Assembly (NCBI RefSeq): GCF_009914755.1
Contig: NC_060935.1
Reading direction: 5' to 3' (one strand)
DNA length: 64,000 nt
Source of the DNA: the human T2T-CHM13v2.0 reference genome, Homo sapiens
The position numbers were made by a program, and so were the translations under genes. Below, one piece after another: positions 28,431-43,939 of this stretch; the stretch's first letter is position 1; every line of letters starts with the position of its first letter. The notes beneath the pieces are model-generated. The model had not been told where the DNA came from. It saw only the letters and a list, made by a program, of their open reading frames with translations, and did no database searches.

Positions 28431-29257
28431 ATCTGGTAGAGTTTTTGCTCGATCATACCCAGAATTTCTTTTTTTATCCGTTTATAATATACCCGCATTT
28501 CTTCACCCTACGCTATGGATAGCATACTTAAAGTGCAAAAATCTTCAGAGAGCAACACAGTCTGCAGTCACCACTCAGATCAAGGTACAGAACATTTCCA
28601 ACACCCAGAAGTTTCTTTCGTGACACTCTTTAGTCAACAGCAACACCACTCTCCCAAGAAGTTCCCATATTCTGTATTCTACCTTTATAGACCAACTTCA
28701 CCTATTCTTGAACTTGACATATTTTGTTCCCTGGTTTATTTTGATAATTATGTCTGTGAGATAGATGGGTCTGTGTTGTTATATGCAGCAGTACTTTGAA
28801 GGTTTTTTCTGTGTATTTTACCATTGTATTAATATACAGTTTGTTTCTCCATTTCATTTTATGACAATAATTATTTCTTAAAATAATGTCGGATGATGCA
28901 GCTCTGATGGTAATAGAAAACATTATACATGACTTACATACTACACAGATAGATACTGAATATGTGTGTCACTTCAAAAGTTTCTGGGTAGGTTTATAAA
29001 ATAGCAAAGGTCATCAACACATCTCTAAATTCATGTTAATGTTTATTAAAGTTAATTACATTATTGTTAGTTAAATTCTTGTTTAACATACATTTATGTT
29101 TTAAGTAGTCAAAATCACAATAAAGATCTATTTTTCATGGGCCGTATAACTTTGCTTTATTGCCTATTGACTTTCCCTAGATAATCAATTCAGAAAGTAG
29201 CTCATGCCCCATTTTATAAAATTAGAGACCTTGATGAAACATAATTACATGTTTTAA

Positions 29258-29617
<360 letters not shown>

Positions 29618-30001
29618 TATTTTACTTTAAATTCTACTCAGAAACCATGTCCCATTATGTTACTATTACATTGTTTCTAAGAAAATATGTTCTCAGATTT
29701 ATAATATAGTAGGAACATATTACTATGAGTCATGAATAATAAGCAGGTTAACAGCAGAGGGTGAAGGAGGGCATTGCAGGCATAGGAACAAAAAAAAAAA
29801 AAAAAGCAAAAACAAAAATTGGAAATGGAAGCCCAGTAAAGCCCTGCATATTTGGGCAAAGGTGCATGACACTACGGGCTACAATGCTGAATGGGTGGAA
29901 GGGTAAGAAGGCGGTAGTTGAGGTTGTTAAAGATGATGACCATTTATCCTATTCTCTGCACCCTCACTGGAAGACAAATTGAGAAATAAGACACAGGATA
30001 A

Positions 30002-30439
<438 letters not shown>

Positions 30440-31344
30440 TAATGAACCCAGGCACAAGGAGAAACAAACAATATCAGGCCTCCCCTACCAAGGGGGATGG
30501 GGTACATCAAAGAGGCTACAAATGCTGGTCCAGAGGACAGGCCAGTCCTAAAAAGAGAACCCTGTGGAGACCAGGCCATTCAACTCCAGTTCAGTTACCC
30601 AGCTTCAGCAGGGAAAAGCGGAAATATGGATAAAATAAAAGGATTCCTCTCATTCTTTACTCTGCTAGGGCATGAAAAATAGGTGCCCATTTAAAAGGAA
30701 TCATCTGCTTTCGGCCAGAAATAATTGGCCCATTTAGAAAGAAGGGAAATCTTTTGCCAAAACCAGGTTTCCTCTTGTGAAAAACACGTAATTGCTTATC
30801 TCATATAAGTACATAGTTGCGTGTTAAATTATTGCTTCCGACGCCCCATAAATATAGCTAAGAACTATTTCACTGCTGATACATTTATTTTTCAAATTAT
30901 CTTGAAAAAGTAACTAGAAAATGTAAAGAAGGCAACCTCTCTAAAACTATTTCCACTTCAGCCCAGACGTTTCCCTACACTGGTTGGTGACCTGACCTAC
31001 TTCTGGGGAACGAGATTATCCTATGCAATCTTTGGACAAATAACCAAAATGTGAGCTGTTTTAGAAGCCTGCTTTCCCACACCATATGTAACTTCAAGAA
31101 GAAAAAGGGTAGACGTTGTTCTGCAACAATTCACCAGCGCTTCCCACTTGCAATAACATTCTTGAATTCAGAGTAGTAACAGGGCACTCCATTCTGCCAT
31201 TATTTGTGTGAGTAAAGAGGGACAGAGAGATGGCCAGAAGAGATTCCAGAAGACTAATCCCACTGGCCACCAACTAGGCCCTCTGGTGCACAAGATGTTA
31301 TATGATTTGGTTAAGCAGAGAACAGAAACTAATTTCAAAGTATG

Positions 31345-32210
<866 letters not shown>

Positions 32211-32529
32211 TCAGTGGTTCCAGCTCTAAATGTCTGGGAAGAGCAAAGGCATAGGAAGCCAGGATACCACTAACAGCAAAACAGACTTCTCTTTCCATTC
32301 CAAGGGGGAGTAATTCACTCACAATTAACAAAATCAAAATTTTCCTCAATAGGTAGAGCATCAAGATAAAGATAGATATGCTCTATTATGAGTTTTGTTT
32401 ATGTTCACTTATCAAGAGCAGAAAATGTATCCGGAATGAGGGAAGCTGAGGAGACGAATGATAAATGACCAATTCAGATGCAATTCTTCTCTCCTTAGTG
32501 TTACATCAGTAACAAAGAAACACCTCTGC

Positions 32530-33010
32530 CAGTCGTAGGTGTACCAGATACTTGTCAGTGCTCCACCCCCACGCGCTCAGATCCTGTTCTCATTTTGATG
32601 CACACCAATTTCAAGTAAGCTTTCACAAACTCCCAACAGCCAGCACCTACTTTTCTTTGCCAGAGAGTTCTACTCCAGGTGCCAGAGCCCACGTCTCCTG
32701 CTCTGGAGAGCCGGGAAATGTATGTCCCCTGGAACATCCCTGAACCCATGACTGACGTGTGTCAGGGCAAAAATATTCCTGAAGCCTGGCCCCTGCCAGG
32801 ATAATTCTGAGTCACGTGTCTTCAAAGACTCCATGTAGATTTGAGCCAAAGCTGCCTATTTTCAGAATGTGATTGCCATTGCACACTTTCTCAGTCTTCC
32901 TCAGACTCACATGTGCATCCCTCCACTAGATTTGCCTGAAATGCCTCCAAAGAAATCACTTTAATTTGAATCTTCATCTTAGGGTCTTCTGATAAACTCA
33001 ATCCATAACT
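32530..33010 (+). mobile_element. Old ERVL LTR (LTR16-like); partial paralog at about 4010-4680
   Basis: The terminus aaatcactttaatttgaatcttcatcttagggtcttctg resembles the LTR16 3' end. Confidence 0.4.
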
Positions 33011-33149
33011 GAGAAGAAGAAAACCAAATAAAGATTGCACCCAGAGGAAAGAAGATGAAAAAACCATTTGAGGAAAAATGTTAAACCATCACTTTTTAGA
33101 AGGAAAGTGTTTCGAATGCAGAATATATCATGAAAGAATTCAAAAGCAA

Positions 33150-34128
33150 AATGCACGTTTTATATCAGTGTATCTTCAAATCACAGGAAATATCTTAGAG
33201 TTCTCATCTCAGGAAACTGGCTGTTGAGTCCAGCATGGCTGCCACTGGCTGTAGAAGATAACGGGGTAACCCAGTGGTTTTCAGAGGTTGGTTCCCAGAG
33301 CAACAGCAAAAGTATCACCTGGGAACTTCCTGGGAATAAAGATTCCTGAGTGCTACTTTAAACCTACTGAAGCAGAAACTGTGAACAGAGCCCAGAATCC
33401 GCATTTTTCACAAGCCTTCAAGAGATGATTGGTGTAGCCCCTGGACCCAGGAAGTGAACTAACATATATGCATGTACCTAATCCAAAGAAAAAGAAAAGC
33501 TTTTGAGTTTGCCTCAGGAAAGAGAAAATGGAGGATGGTGGAAAGGATAGTATGTCAGAGATGAAGATGATCAGTCACTACGCAATGACTACAAAATCAC
33601 CAGCTTGTGAAGCAGGTGCTCTAAGGAGAGTTTGATGAAAAGAAGTGTGCCACACACAGTGGTTGATGATGCTGCGGTCACAGAAAGACAGACTGACCAT
33701 TGCCTCTGGGTGGGCCATGACACCATCAATACCTACCCCAGTGCAAGCCAAGCATCGTCAGAGAACAGACCTGAGGCACACAGATCCCACAGTGACCCCA
33801 AGCCAAAAGTATTAGAGTGCTCACTGATAGCAAAGCAGATAAAGACAAGGGCAGAATCTTGCACTTCAAATTAGTGGTGATGTACCTCTCAGATATAGAG
33901 TTCATTATCATTTTAATTAAAATGACAAAGGAGTAGGACATCTGAAAAACAAAAACAAAAGAAAACAAGCTGAAGACAAGTTCACCAGGATGTTGAGGAG
34001 AGAACTTAGCCCAAGCACTGAGTGGCCAAGCACTTAAAATGAGGAGAAGCATACAGGCTGGAATTGTTGTCCATTTGTGAAACAAACAAAAATAAAAGTA
34101 GTCTCTGTTGAGACATTTCCCAAGCCAT
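33150..34128 (-). pseudogene. Highly decayed olfactory receptor pseudogene (family 8-like), interrupted by MER5A
   Basis: Manual minus-strand translation across several frameshifts gives collinear OR segments: GNVSTETTFIFVCFT (N-terminus, NxS sequon), AWGHCGIC (~MAYDRYVAIC), GVGIDGVMAHPEAMVSLSFCDRSIINHCV (~GMGFAGAMAHTGxMxxLSFCxxNxINHYxC), ILSTILHFLFPEANSKAF, FFGLGTCIYV, and VIFYS..VAAMLDSTASFLR (~VFYTxVVPMLNPLIYSLR). A splice acceptor (ttctgtcctacctacag) lies about 20 nt upstream of the ATG at 34128. It may be an annotated OR8A-named pseudogene; symbol not certain. Confidence 0.8.
33272..33430. mobile_element. MER5A (hAT-Charlie DNA transposon)
   Basis: cagtggttttcag...cagcaaaagtatcacctgggaactt...cctactgaagcagaaact...tttcacaagccttcaagagatgatt, the typical MER5A layout. 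Confidence 0.75.
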
Positions 34129-35105
34129 TCACTTCTGGGGAGTCATTTCTGTAGGTAGGACAGAAGAACCTCTTTTTGGACAAAACAGATTCCATGACTC
34201 TGAAATGAGAATTTCTATTGCTTTAAAAAGAGAATGACTAGCCTTAACACAGGACAGATGAGTAATGTAAGAACGCCTGTCTTTTCCTGTGTCTTTCTGA
34301 ACCTTCCTGAGCCCTTCCCATGTCAGTGCACTACCAGGTTTGAAATGCCCTGATACAACCAGCTCCTCAGGCTGGGCCATACTAAGAGTGTGCACAGGAA
34401 ACCTAGTACTCACAGAAAATATGGGGAAGCAGTATCTCAGAGAGCCTCAGTAGCTGCCCAGGTTGTTCAGGAACCACATTTTGAATCAGAAATGAGAACT
34501 GGCAAGAGACCTAGAGACATCATGATCTCTGCCTTCATTGCTTCAGTCGCCCCCACACCAGAATCAAATTGGGCCAGGAGGCAATTTCCAAAATACTCAT
34601 TTTCAGGCCTCCATATTAGGAAGAATATAAAGAGACACATGATGCCACCATGCAGCCACACTCCCTTGTTCAGCTTAGGGTCAGCAGTGCAGAGTCTTTC
34701 AGCCCCCGCACTCCCACTTCCTAGGAAGGGAGGTGGCTTGGATGGTATTTGGGTGGGGAAGTCCTTAGTATATGTTCTTTTCTTTTACTGTAATGGTAAG
34801 AAAATTAAAGCCTCCATTATCCTGGAATCACTTCTTGTCTAAAAACCATGGTTTCAAATCAAGTCTGTGCCTAAATACGCCTCCCCAGTTGAAGAAAAAA
34901 AAAAATCTGTCTATGGCATTAGGGCCATAAGATGATATTTAAAAGGAGTTGTCTTTTACATGTGTATAGATCAGAGATCTGACTGGAAACCCAAGAAACT
35001 TCCCTCAGATACTCTCCTAGGAAGAGTTTCTGTAATAAACAAGAAAATGCGTAGTTTTTACAAATAGAGCACATTTTGACTTCTGCCCAGAATTTTACTT
35101 CCCAT

Positions 35106-35400
35106 GGCCAGGTGCAGTGGCTCACACCTGTAATCCCAGCACTTTGGGAGGCTGAGGATCTCTTGGGCCCATGAGTTTGAGACTAGTCTAGGCAACATAG
35201 TGAGACCCCATCTCTACAAAAATGTTTAAAATCTGCTGGACGTGGTGGCTTGCACCTGTAGTCCTAGCTACCCAGGAGGCTGAGGAAGGAGTATCACTTG
35301 AGCCCAGGAGGATGAGGTTGCAGTGAACTGTGATCATACCACTGCACTCCAGGCTGGACAATAGAGAGAGATCCTATCTCAAAACAACAACAACAAAGAA
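35106..35400 (+). mobile_element. AluJ
   Basis: Diverged dimer. TSD AGAATTT(T/G)ACTTCCCA. Confidence 0.9.
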
Positions 35401-37922
35401 AGAATTTGACTTCCCACAAAGACTTCTAATCTCCAGAGTAAAATCAGGAGCCCCTCTTTCCAGAGCCCTGAAAGGGTGCAGGATTAACTCTAAGTGGGAA
35501 TCCCTAGACTGACTCCCTACAATAATGACAAATATTCAAGAACACAATTTGTGAGCCCGGCAATTGATTAGGCTCCTAACATGCCCAACATAGCAAAGCC
35601 CAGCATCATATTATCTTTTTCAGAAAAATTATCTAGAAACTTTCAAAGCTACCAAAAATTCTGGGTATTCAAATAACAATGGAAGCTGCCCCACAAGGGC
35701 TTGAAACTTGTTCATGAAGGAGAGAGAGAAGTAAATGTCATATTACCATTGGCTGTATGGAAGCAGTGATGAGCTGTGTAGGACAGCAGGGAAGAATCAC
35801 ACATAACCATGGTGACATTTTTCTAAAGATACTTCACTTTTGGAGGCAAGAATCAGTACATATTCTCTATTATCTTGGCTAAGGCAGAAGTTCACTATAT
35901 GAATGATTCATATCTTTATTCAATAACTATTCTATAATTTCATAATTTCTACATTTAGAAAAGAATATAAAATTAAATTATACCCAATTGCTATAAAAAG
36001 TTTCCTTCAAAACATGATGTTCATTGAATAATGGTACAATTATTTTCTAGAGTTTACCTTCTTAAATAATGCTATTTATTTTCCTCATACATTTGAAATA
36101 AAATATAGTGTTGAAAAACTGGAGTGGACATAACACTTTCAAGTTTAGGCCAGATAACCACTAATCCATTCTCCATTCCTGCAATTTTGTCATCTCAAGA
36201 ATGTTACATAAGTGGAATCATACAGAATTTAATATTTGAAATTGGCTTTTTCCATGCAGCATAATTATCTTGTGATTTACCCAAGTTGTTGTGCATATAA
36301 ACAATTTATTCTATTTTGGAGGAGGGAGGTATGGCTATAAGAGGGCAACAGGCAACATGAGGGACCCTTATGGTGATGAAGCTTTTCTGTATTTTGACTG
36401 CACCAATGTATCTCAGTTGTGATATTGCACCATAGTTTTGCAAGATGTTACCATTGGGAGAAACTGGGTAAAAGGTATGTAGAATCTCTGCAGTGTTTTT
36501 TACAACTTCATGTGAATCTTCAATTATATCAAAATCAAACATTTAATTTAAATAAATAAATAAATTTAGGTCAGACAGAGTGGCCCCTTCCACCTCGCGA
36601 CTTCATGCCTAAATGTCAGGACAGTAATCAAGACACATAAACAGAAGCTAAACCTGTGGCTCAAGATGCCCTGAAAACCAAACAAAAAGTCCTCAACAGC
36701 ATAGAAAAATCAGATTTTTAAATACAAGTACAGGCGTGTTATACTCTGCACTAGGGTACAAAAGGAAACATGGGGAATAAACTGTACATGTAACAAACAA
36801 ACAAAAATGGCCATGAGAATGTGAATGTAGAGAGGAAAGAAGCATTGGTCACTTTTCTTAATTTGGGGAAGAAAAGGAGAAAGACAGAAGTATCAAGCAA
36901 AACGTTTAAGGATAAATCAGGTTCGCATAAGTTTAGAGGTAAAAGATTCAGTGAAGATGAAGAGATTGATGGTCTAAGAAACACAAGGAGATTTTGAGAA
37001 AATAAAATCCCAAAGAAGACAAGAATTTGCCAAAATTTAACATCCATTCATTTTTTAAAATTTAACTTTTATTTTAAGTTCAGGGATAGAAGTACAGGTT
37101 TGTTACATAGGTAAACTTGTGTCATGGGGGTTTATTGTACAGATTATTTCGTCTCCCATGGATTAAGCCTAGTACCCGTTAGTTATTTTTCTTGATACTC
37201 TCTCTCTTCCCATCATCCACCCTCCAACAGGCCCCAGTGTGTATTGTTCCCACATATGTGTCCATGTGTTCTCATCATTTCACTCCAACTTATAAGTGAG
37301 AACGTGTAGTATTTGGTTTTCTGTTGCTGCATTAGTTTGCTAAAGATATTGGTCTCCAGCTCCATCCACGTTCCTGCAAAGGACATGATCTCATTCTTTT
37401 GTATGACTGCATGGTATTCCATGGTGTATATGTACCATATTTTCTTTATCCAGCCTACCATTGATGAACATTTAGGTTGATTTCATGTCTTTGCTATTGT
37501 GACTAGTGCTTCAATGAACATACAAGTGCATGTGTCTTTATAAAAGAATAGTTTATATTCCTTTGGGTATATACCCAGTAATGGGATTGATAGGTAAAAC
37601 AGTATCTTTGTTTTTAGGTCTTTGATGAATAGCCACACTGTCCTTCAAATTGGTTGAACTAATTTGCACTCCCCCCAACAGTGTATAAGTGTTCCTTTTT
37701 CTTTGCAACCTCACCAGCATCTGTTATTTTTTGACTTTTTGAATAATAGCTATTCTGACTGGTATGAGATAGTACCTCATTGTGGTTTTGATTTGCATTT
37801 CTCTAATAATCAGTGATGTTGAGTTTCTTTTTTATATGATTGTTGGTTGCATGTATGTCTTCTTTGGAGAAGTGTTTTTTCATGTCCTTTGCCCACTTTA
37901 TAATGGGATAGTTTTTTTTCTT

Positions 37923-39415
<1,493 letters not shown>

Positions 39416-40272
39416 TAAATTGATTGAAGTTCCTTATACATGCTGGATACTAGACATTTGTCAGATGCACAGTTTGCAACTCATTCTGTAGGTTTTCTGT
39501 TCATTCTGTTGATAGTTTCCTTTGCTGTGCAGAAGCTCTGTAGTTTAATTAGATCCTGTTTGTCAGTTTTTGCTTTGTTGCAATTGCTCTTGGTATCTTT
39601 GTCATGAAATCTTTGCCCATTCCTATGTCCAGGATGGTATTGCCTAGGTTGCCTTCCAGAGTTTTTATAGTTTTGGGTTTTACATTTAAATCTTTAATCC
39701 ATATTGAGTTAATTTTTGTGTATGGTGTAAGGAAGGGGTCCAGTTTCAATCTTCTGCATATGGCTAGCCAGTTATCCCAGCACCATTTATTGAATAGGGA
39801 ATCTTTTCCCCAGTGCCTGTTTTTGTCAGGTTTGTTGAAAATCAGATAGTTGTAGGTGTGTGGCCTTATTTCTGGGTTCTCTGTTCTGTTCCATTGGCCT
39901 ATATGTCTGTTTTTTATAAGTGTCATGCTGTTTTGGTTACTGTAACCCTGTAGTATAGTTTGAAGTCAACACGATGCCTCCAGCTTTGTTTTTTTTGCTG
40001 AGAATTGCCTTGGCTATTCAGGGTCTTTTTTTGTTTCATATGAATTTTAAACTAGTTTCTTCTAGTTCTGTGAAGAATGCCAGTGGTAGTAGTTTCATAG
40101 GAATAGGATTGAATCTATAAATTGCTTTGGGAAGTGTGGCCATTTTAATAATATTGATTATTTCTATCCATGAGCATGGAATGTTTTTCCATTTGCTTGT
40201 ATCATCTCTGATTTCTTTGAGCAGTTCTCCTTGTAAAGATCTTTTACCTCCCTGGTTACCTGTATTTCTAGG

Positions 40273-40273
<1 letters not shown>

Positions 40274-40316
<43 letters not shown>
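40274..40316. repeat. (TG)n microsatellite
   Basis: About 20 TG units inside the old L1. Confidence 0.95.
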
Positions 40317-40317
<1 letters not shown>

Positions 40318-43300
40318 GTGAATGGGATTGCATTCCTGATTTGGCCATTGGCTTGACTGGTTCCTATTTGGATGCCCTTAATTTCTTTCTCTTTCTTGAT
40401 TGCCTTGGCCAGGACTCCAACACAATTTTGAAAAGAGTGGCGAAAGAGGGCATCCTTGTCTTATGCAAGTTTTCAAGTGGAATGCTTCCAGCTTGTGCCC
40501 ATTCAGTATGATACTGGCTGTGGTTTGTCTCAGATGGATCTTATTATTATGAGGTTTGTTCCTTCAATACCTAATGTATCGAGAGTTTTTAACATGAAGC
40601 GGTGTTGAATTTTATACAAAGCCTTTTCTGCATCTATTGAGATCATCGTGTGGTTTTTGTCTTCAGTTCTGTTTGTGTGATGAATTCTGTTTGTGTTATT
40701 AATTTGCATATGTTGAACCAACCTTGCATCTCAAGGATAGAGCCTACTTGATAATGGTGGATAAGCTTTCTGAAATGCTGCCGTATTTGCCAGTAATTTT
40801 TTGATATTTTTTTGCATTGATGCTCATCAAGGATATTGGCCCGAAGTTTTCTTGTTTTGTTGTGTCTCTGCTAGGTTTTGCTATCAGGATGATACTGGCT
40901 TCATAGAATCAGTTAGGTAGAAGACCCTCTTCAATTTTTTGGAATAGTTTTAGCAGGAATAGTACCAGCTCTCCTTTGTACATCTGATACAATTCAGCTG
41001 TGAATCCATCTGCCTTTTTAAAGTCTGTTTTGTCTGAAACTAGGATTGTAACCCCTGCTTTCTTCTGTTTTCCATTTGCTTGGTAGATTTTTCTCCATCT
41101 CTTCATTTTCAGCTTCAATGCATGTGAGATGGGTCTCTTGTAGACAGCATGCCAATGGGTCTTGGTTCTTTATCCAGCTTGCCACTGTGTGTCTTTTAAT
41201 TGGGGCATTTAGCCCATTTACATTTAAGGTAGTATTGATATGTATGGATTTAATCCTGTCATTATGATGTTAGCCGATTAGTTTGCAAAGTTGTTTATGT
41301 AGTTGCTTTATAGTGTCACTGGTCTGTGTGCTTCAATATGTTTTTGTAGTGGCCAGTAGTGGTCTTTCCTTTCCATATTTAGTGCCTCCTTCAGGAGCTC
41401 TTGTTAAGGTAGATCTGGTGGTTACAAATTTCCTCAGTATCTGCTTGTCTGAAAAAGATCTTATTTCTCCTTCACTTATGAAGCTTAATTTGGTCAGATA
41501 TGAAATTCTGGATTGGAATTTCTTTTCTTTAAGAATGTTGAATATTGGCCCCCAATATCTTCTGGCTTGTTAGGGTTTCTGATGAGAGGTCCACTGATAG
41601 CCTAATGGGCTTCCCTTTGTAGGTGATGTGACTTTTCTCTCTAGCTGCCTTTAACTTTTTTTCTTTCATTTGACCTTACAGAATCTGATGATTATGTGTC
41701 TTGGGGATGGTCTTCTTGTGAAGTATCTCACTGGGATTCTCTGCATTTCCTGAATTTGAATGTTGCCCTCTCTAGAGACAGATTGGGGAGAGAGCTAGAT
41801 TGGGGAAGATCTCATGAATGATATCCTGAAATATGTTTTCCAGGTTGGTTCCATTCTCTGCATCTCTTTCGGAGTCCCCAAGGAATCATAGATTTGATCT
41901 CTTTACATAATCTCATATTTCTCAGAGTTTTAGTCATTTTTTTTCATTCTTTTTGCTCTGTTCTTGTCTAACCATCTTATTTCAGAAAGCTGGGCTTCAA
42001 GCTCTGAGATTTTTTCCTCCACTTGGTCTATTCTGCTATTAATACTTATGATTGATTGCATTATGAAATTCTTGTAGTGTGTTTTTCAGCTCTATCAGGT
42101 CAGTTATGTGCTTTTCTATACTGGTTATTTTGTCTGTCAGCTCCTGCATTGTTTTGTCATGATTTTTAGCTTCCTTGGATTGGGTTTCAATGTACTCCTG
42201 TAGCACAATGACCTTCATTCCTATCCATATTCTGAATTCTATTTCTGTCATTTCAAGCATCTCAGCCCAGTTCAGACCGCTTGCCGGATAGGTGATGTGG
42301 TTGCTTGGAGGAAAGAAGGCATTCTGGCTTTTTGAGTTGTCAGGGTTCTTGCACTGATTCATTTTCATCTTTGTGGGCTTATCTACCTTCAGTCTTTGAT
42401 GTTGCTGACTTTGGATGGATTTTTTTTTCCTTTTATCGTATTTGATGACCTTGAGGGTTTGATTGTGGTATAAGGTGGATTCAGCTGACTGGTTTTGTAT
42501 CTGAAAGATTTTAGGGGGCCAACATGCAGCTCCCAACTCCTGGACTGTGTGCTCTAACTCTGGGGGACTTGTATTGTGCCCCAACTTTGTTTTCTGGCTC
42601 CTTATGGTTAGTAATCCACTGCACTGGTGGGGGATGAGGTGTTACTGGACTGCTGGTCACTACACTCTGATGGGTGGTGTCAGCCAAAGCATTTCATAGT
42701 GCAGTGACAGTGTGATCTGTCCTTGTTCACACATGCCAGCAGCAGAGGTAACGGCAGGTGCAGCAGGGTGCTAGTGGGTGCCGGGATGCCTGCCTCCCTG
42801 CAGGTGTTTACCACAGTGGCAGAGGCAACATAGCTGGGGGACGTGGGGGGCGGGCCTTGCTGGCAACTGTGTGCACTGTCACACTGGAAGTGGTGTTGGT
42901 TCAGGGGTGGGGCACTTGTAGGCACAAGTCTGGGTGCTTCCTCTGTGCCCCACAAGCAGGAGTGATCACTTAGGGCAAGGGAGGATCCACTGTTAGCACA
43001 ATGGTGGGGCACTGGCGGGAATAGAGCTGGCTGGGTCTTTGCTTCCAAGGCTCTGTCTGCAATGGCAGTCAGGGGACGGCAGGGCAGACTGCATTCCTGC
43101 ACACCGGCAAGGCAAGGAAAGCAAAACCTGCCCACGCAGGCACTCACCAGCAAAGCAAGGTTGGGGGTTGCCATGGGCCTGAAGGAAGCTACCATATGAG
43201 GAGAGAGGGAGCATGTGGGCTGGTGTGTGGCCATAGAGGCTGCCCTTTGGGAGCTCTCTACCAGTCAGGCACAATCTGCCAGTGCAGAAGCTATGATGCA

Positions 43301-43939
43301 GCCCCCATGGCACCTGAGACTGCCTTGCAGGCAGGCACAGCCAGGCTGAGGACCCAGGAGAGGCCAGCAGCCCAAGGGTTGCTCAGGTCAAACCAGCCCT
43401 GTCTGATGGGCAAGACTGCCCTGCAGAGTTGAGGTCTGACTGTCCTTCTTGGGCTAAAGTCTCCTATGGGAGTAAGTTGAGCCTAGGGGAATGGCTGTCC
43501 CTGCCCATGCTCTGCTACGGATACTTCCACACCAAACCCTCTGGGCTCATAATCAGGCTTGCTGCCCAAACCACTTCTTTAAGCAGCCCTCCTTGCCAAC
43601 TAGAATGTCCGTGGTGGCCGAAGGGTCTCCTCCTACTGGGGTTCCAGAGCCCCGTGGTGAGAGCAGGTTGTTCCTTGCCAGTTCAACTCACTCATTCCCC
43701 TAGAGCTGTTGGGGGCCAGGAATGAGTCCTCGTGCATGGCAGCTCCATGCACATTCCCAGCTTTCTTCCCCTTCACCCCAGCTTCTGTGTCTTCCCTCCA
43801 TCCACCCTCAGTGCCTTCCCTCTGAAGATCTGTTAGGAGCACGCCAGTCATTTCAGTCCCTCAGTAAAAGGTGCTCCACCTGGCTGCGTCTAGTCAGCCG
43901 TCTTGCCCTCCTCTTGTTTCCATTCATGTTTTTAAAATA

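Noticed and set aside
33726-34085. 119-aa hydrophobic ORF as a small membrane protein
   Set aside because: A chance open frame running through the decayed OR pseudogene, only partly in the OR frame.
34390-34842. 150-aa ORF upstream of the decayed OR
   Set aside because: Non-ATG start, no recognisable domain and no supporting gene structure.
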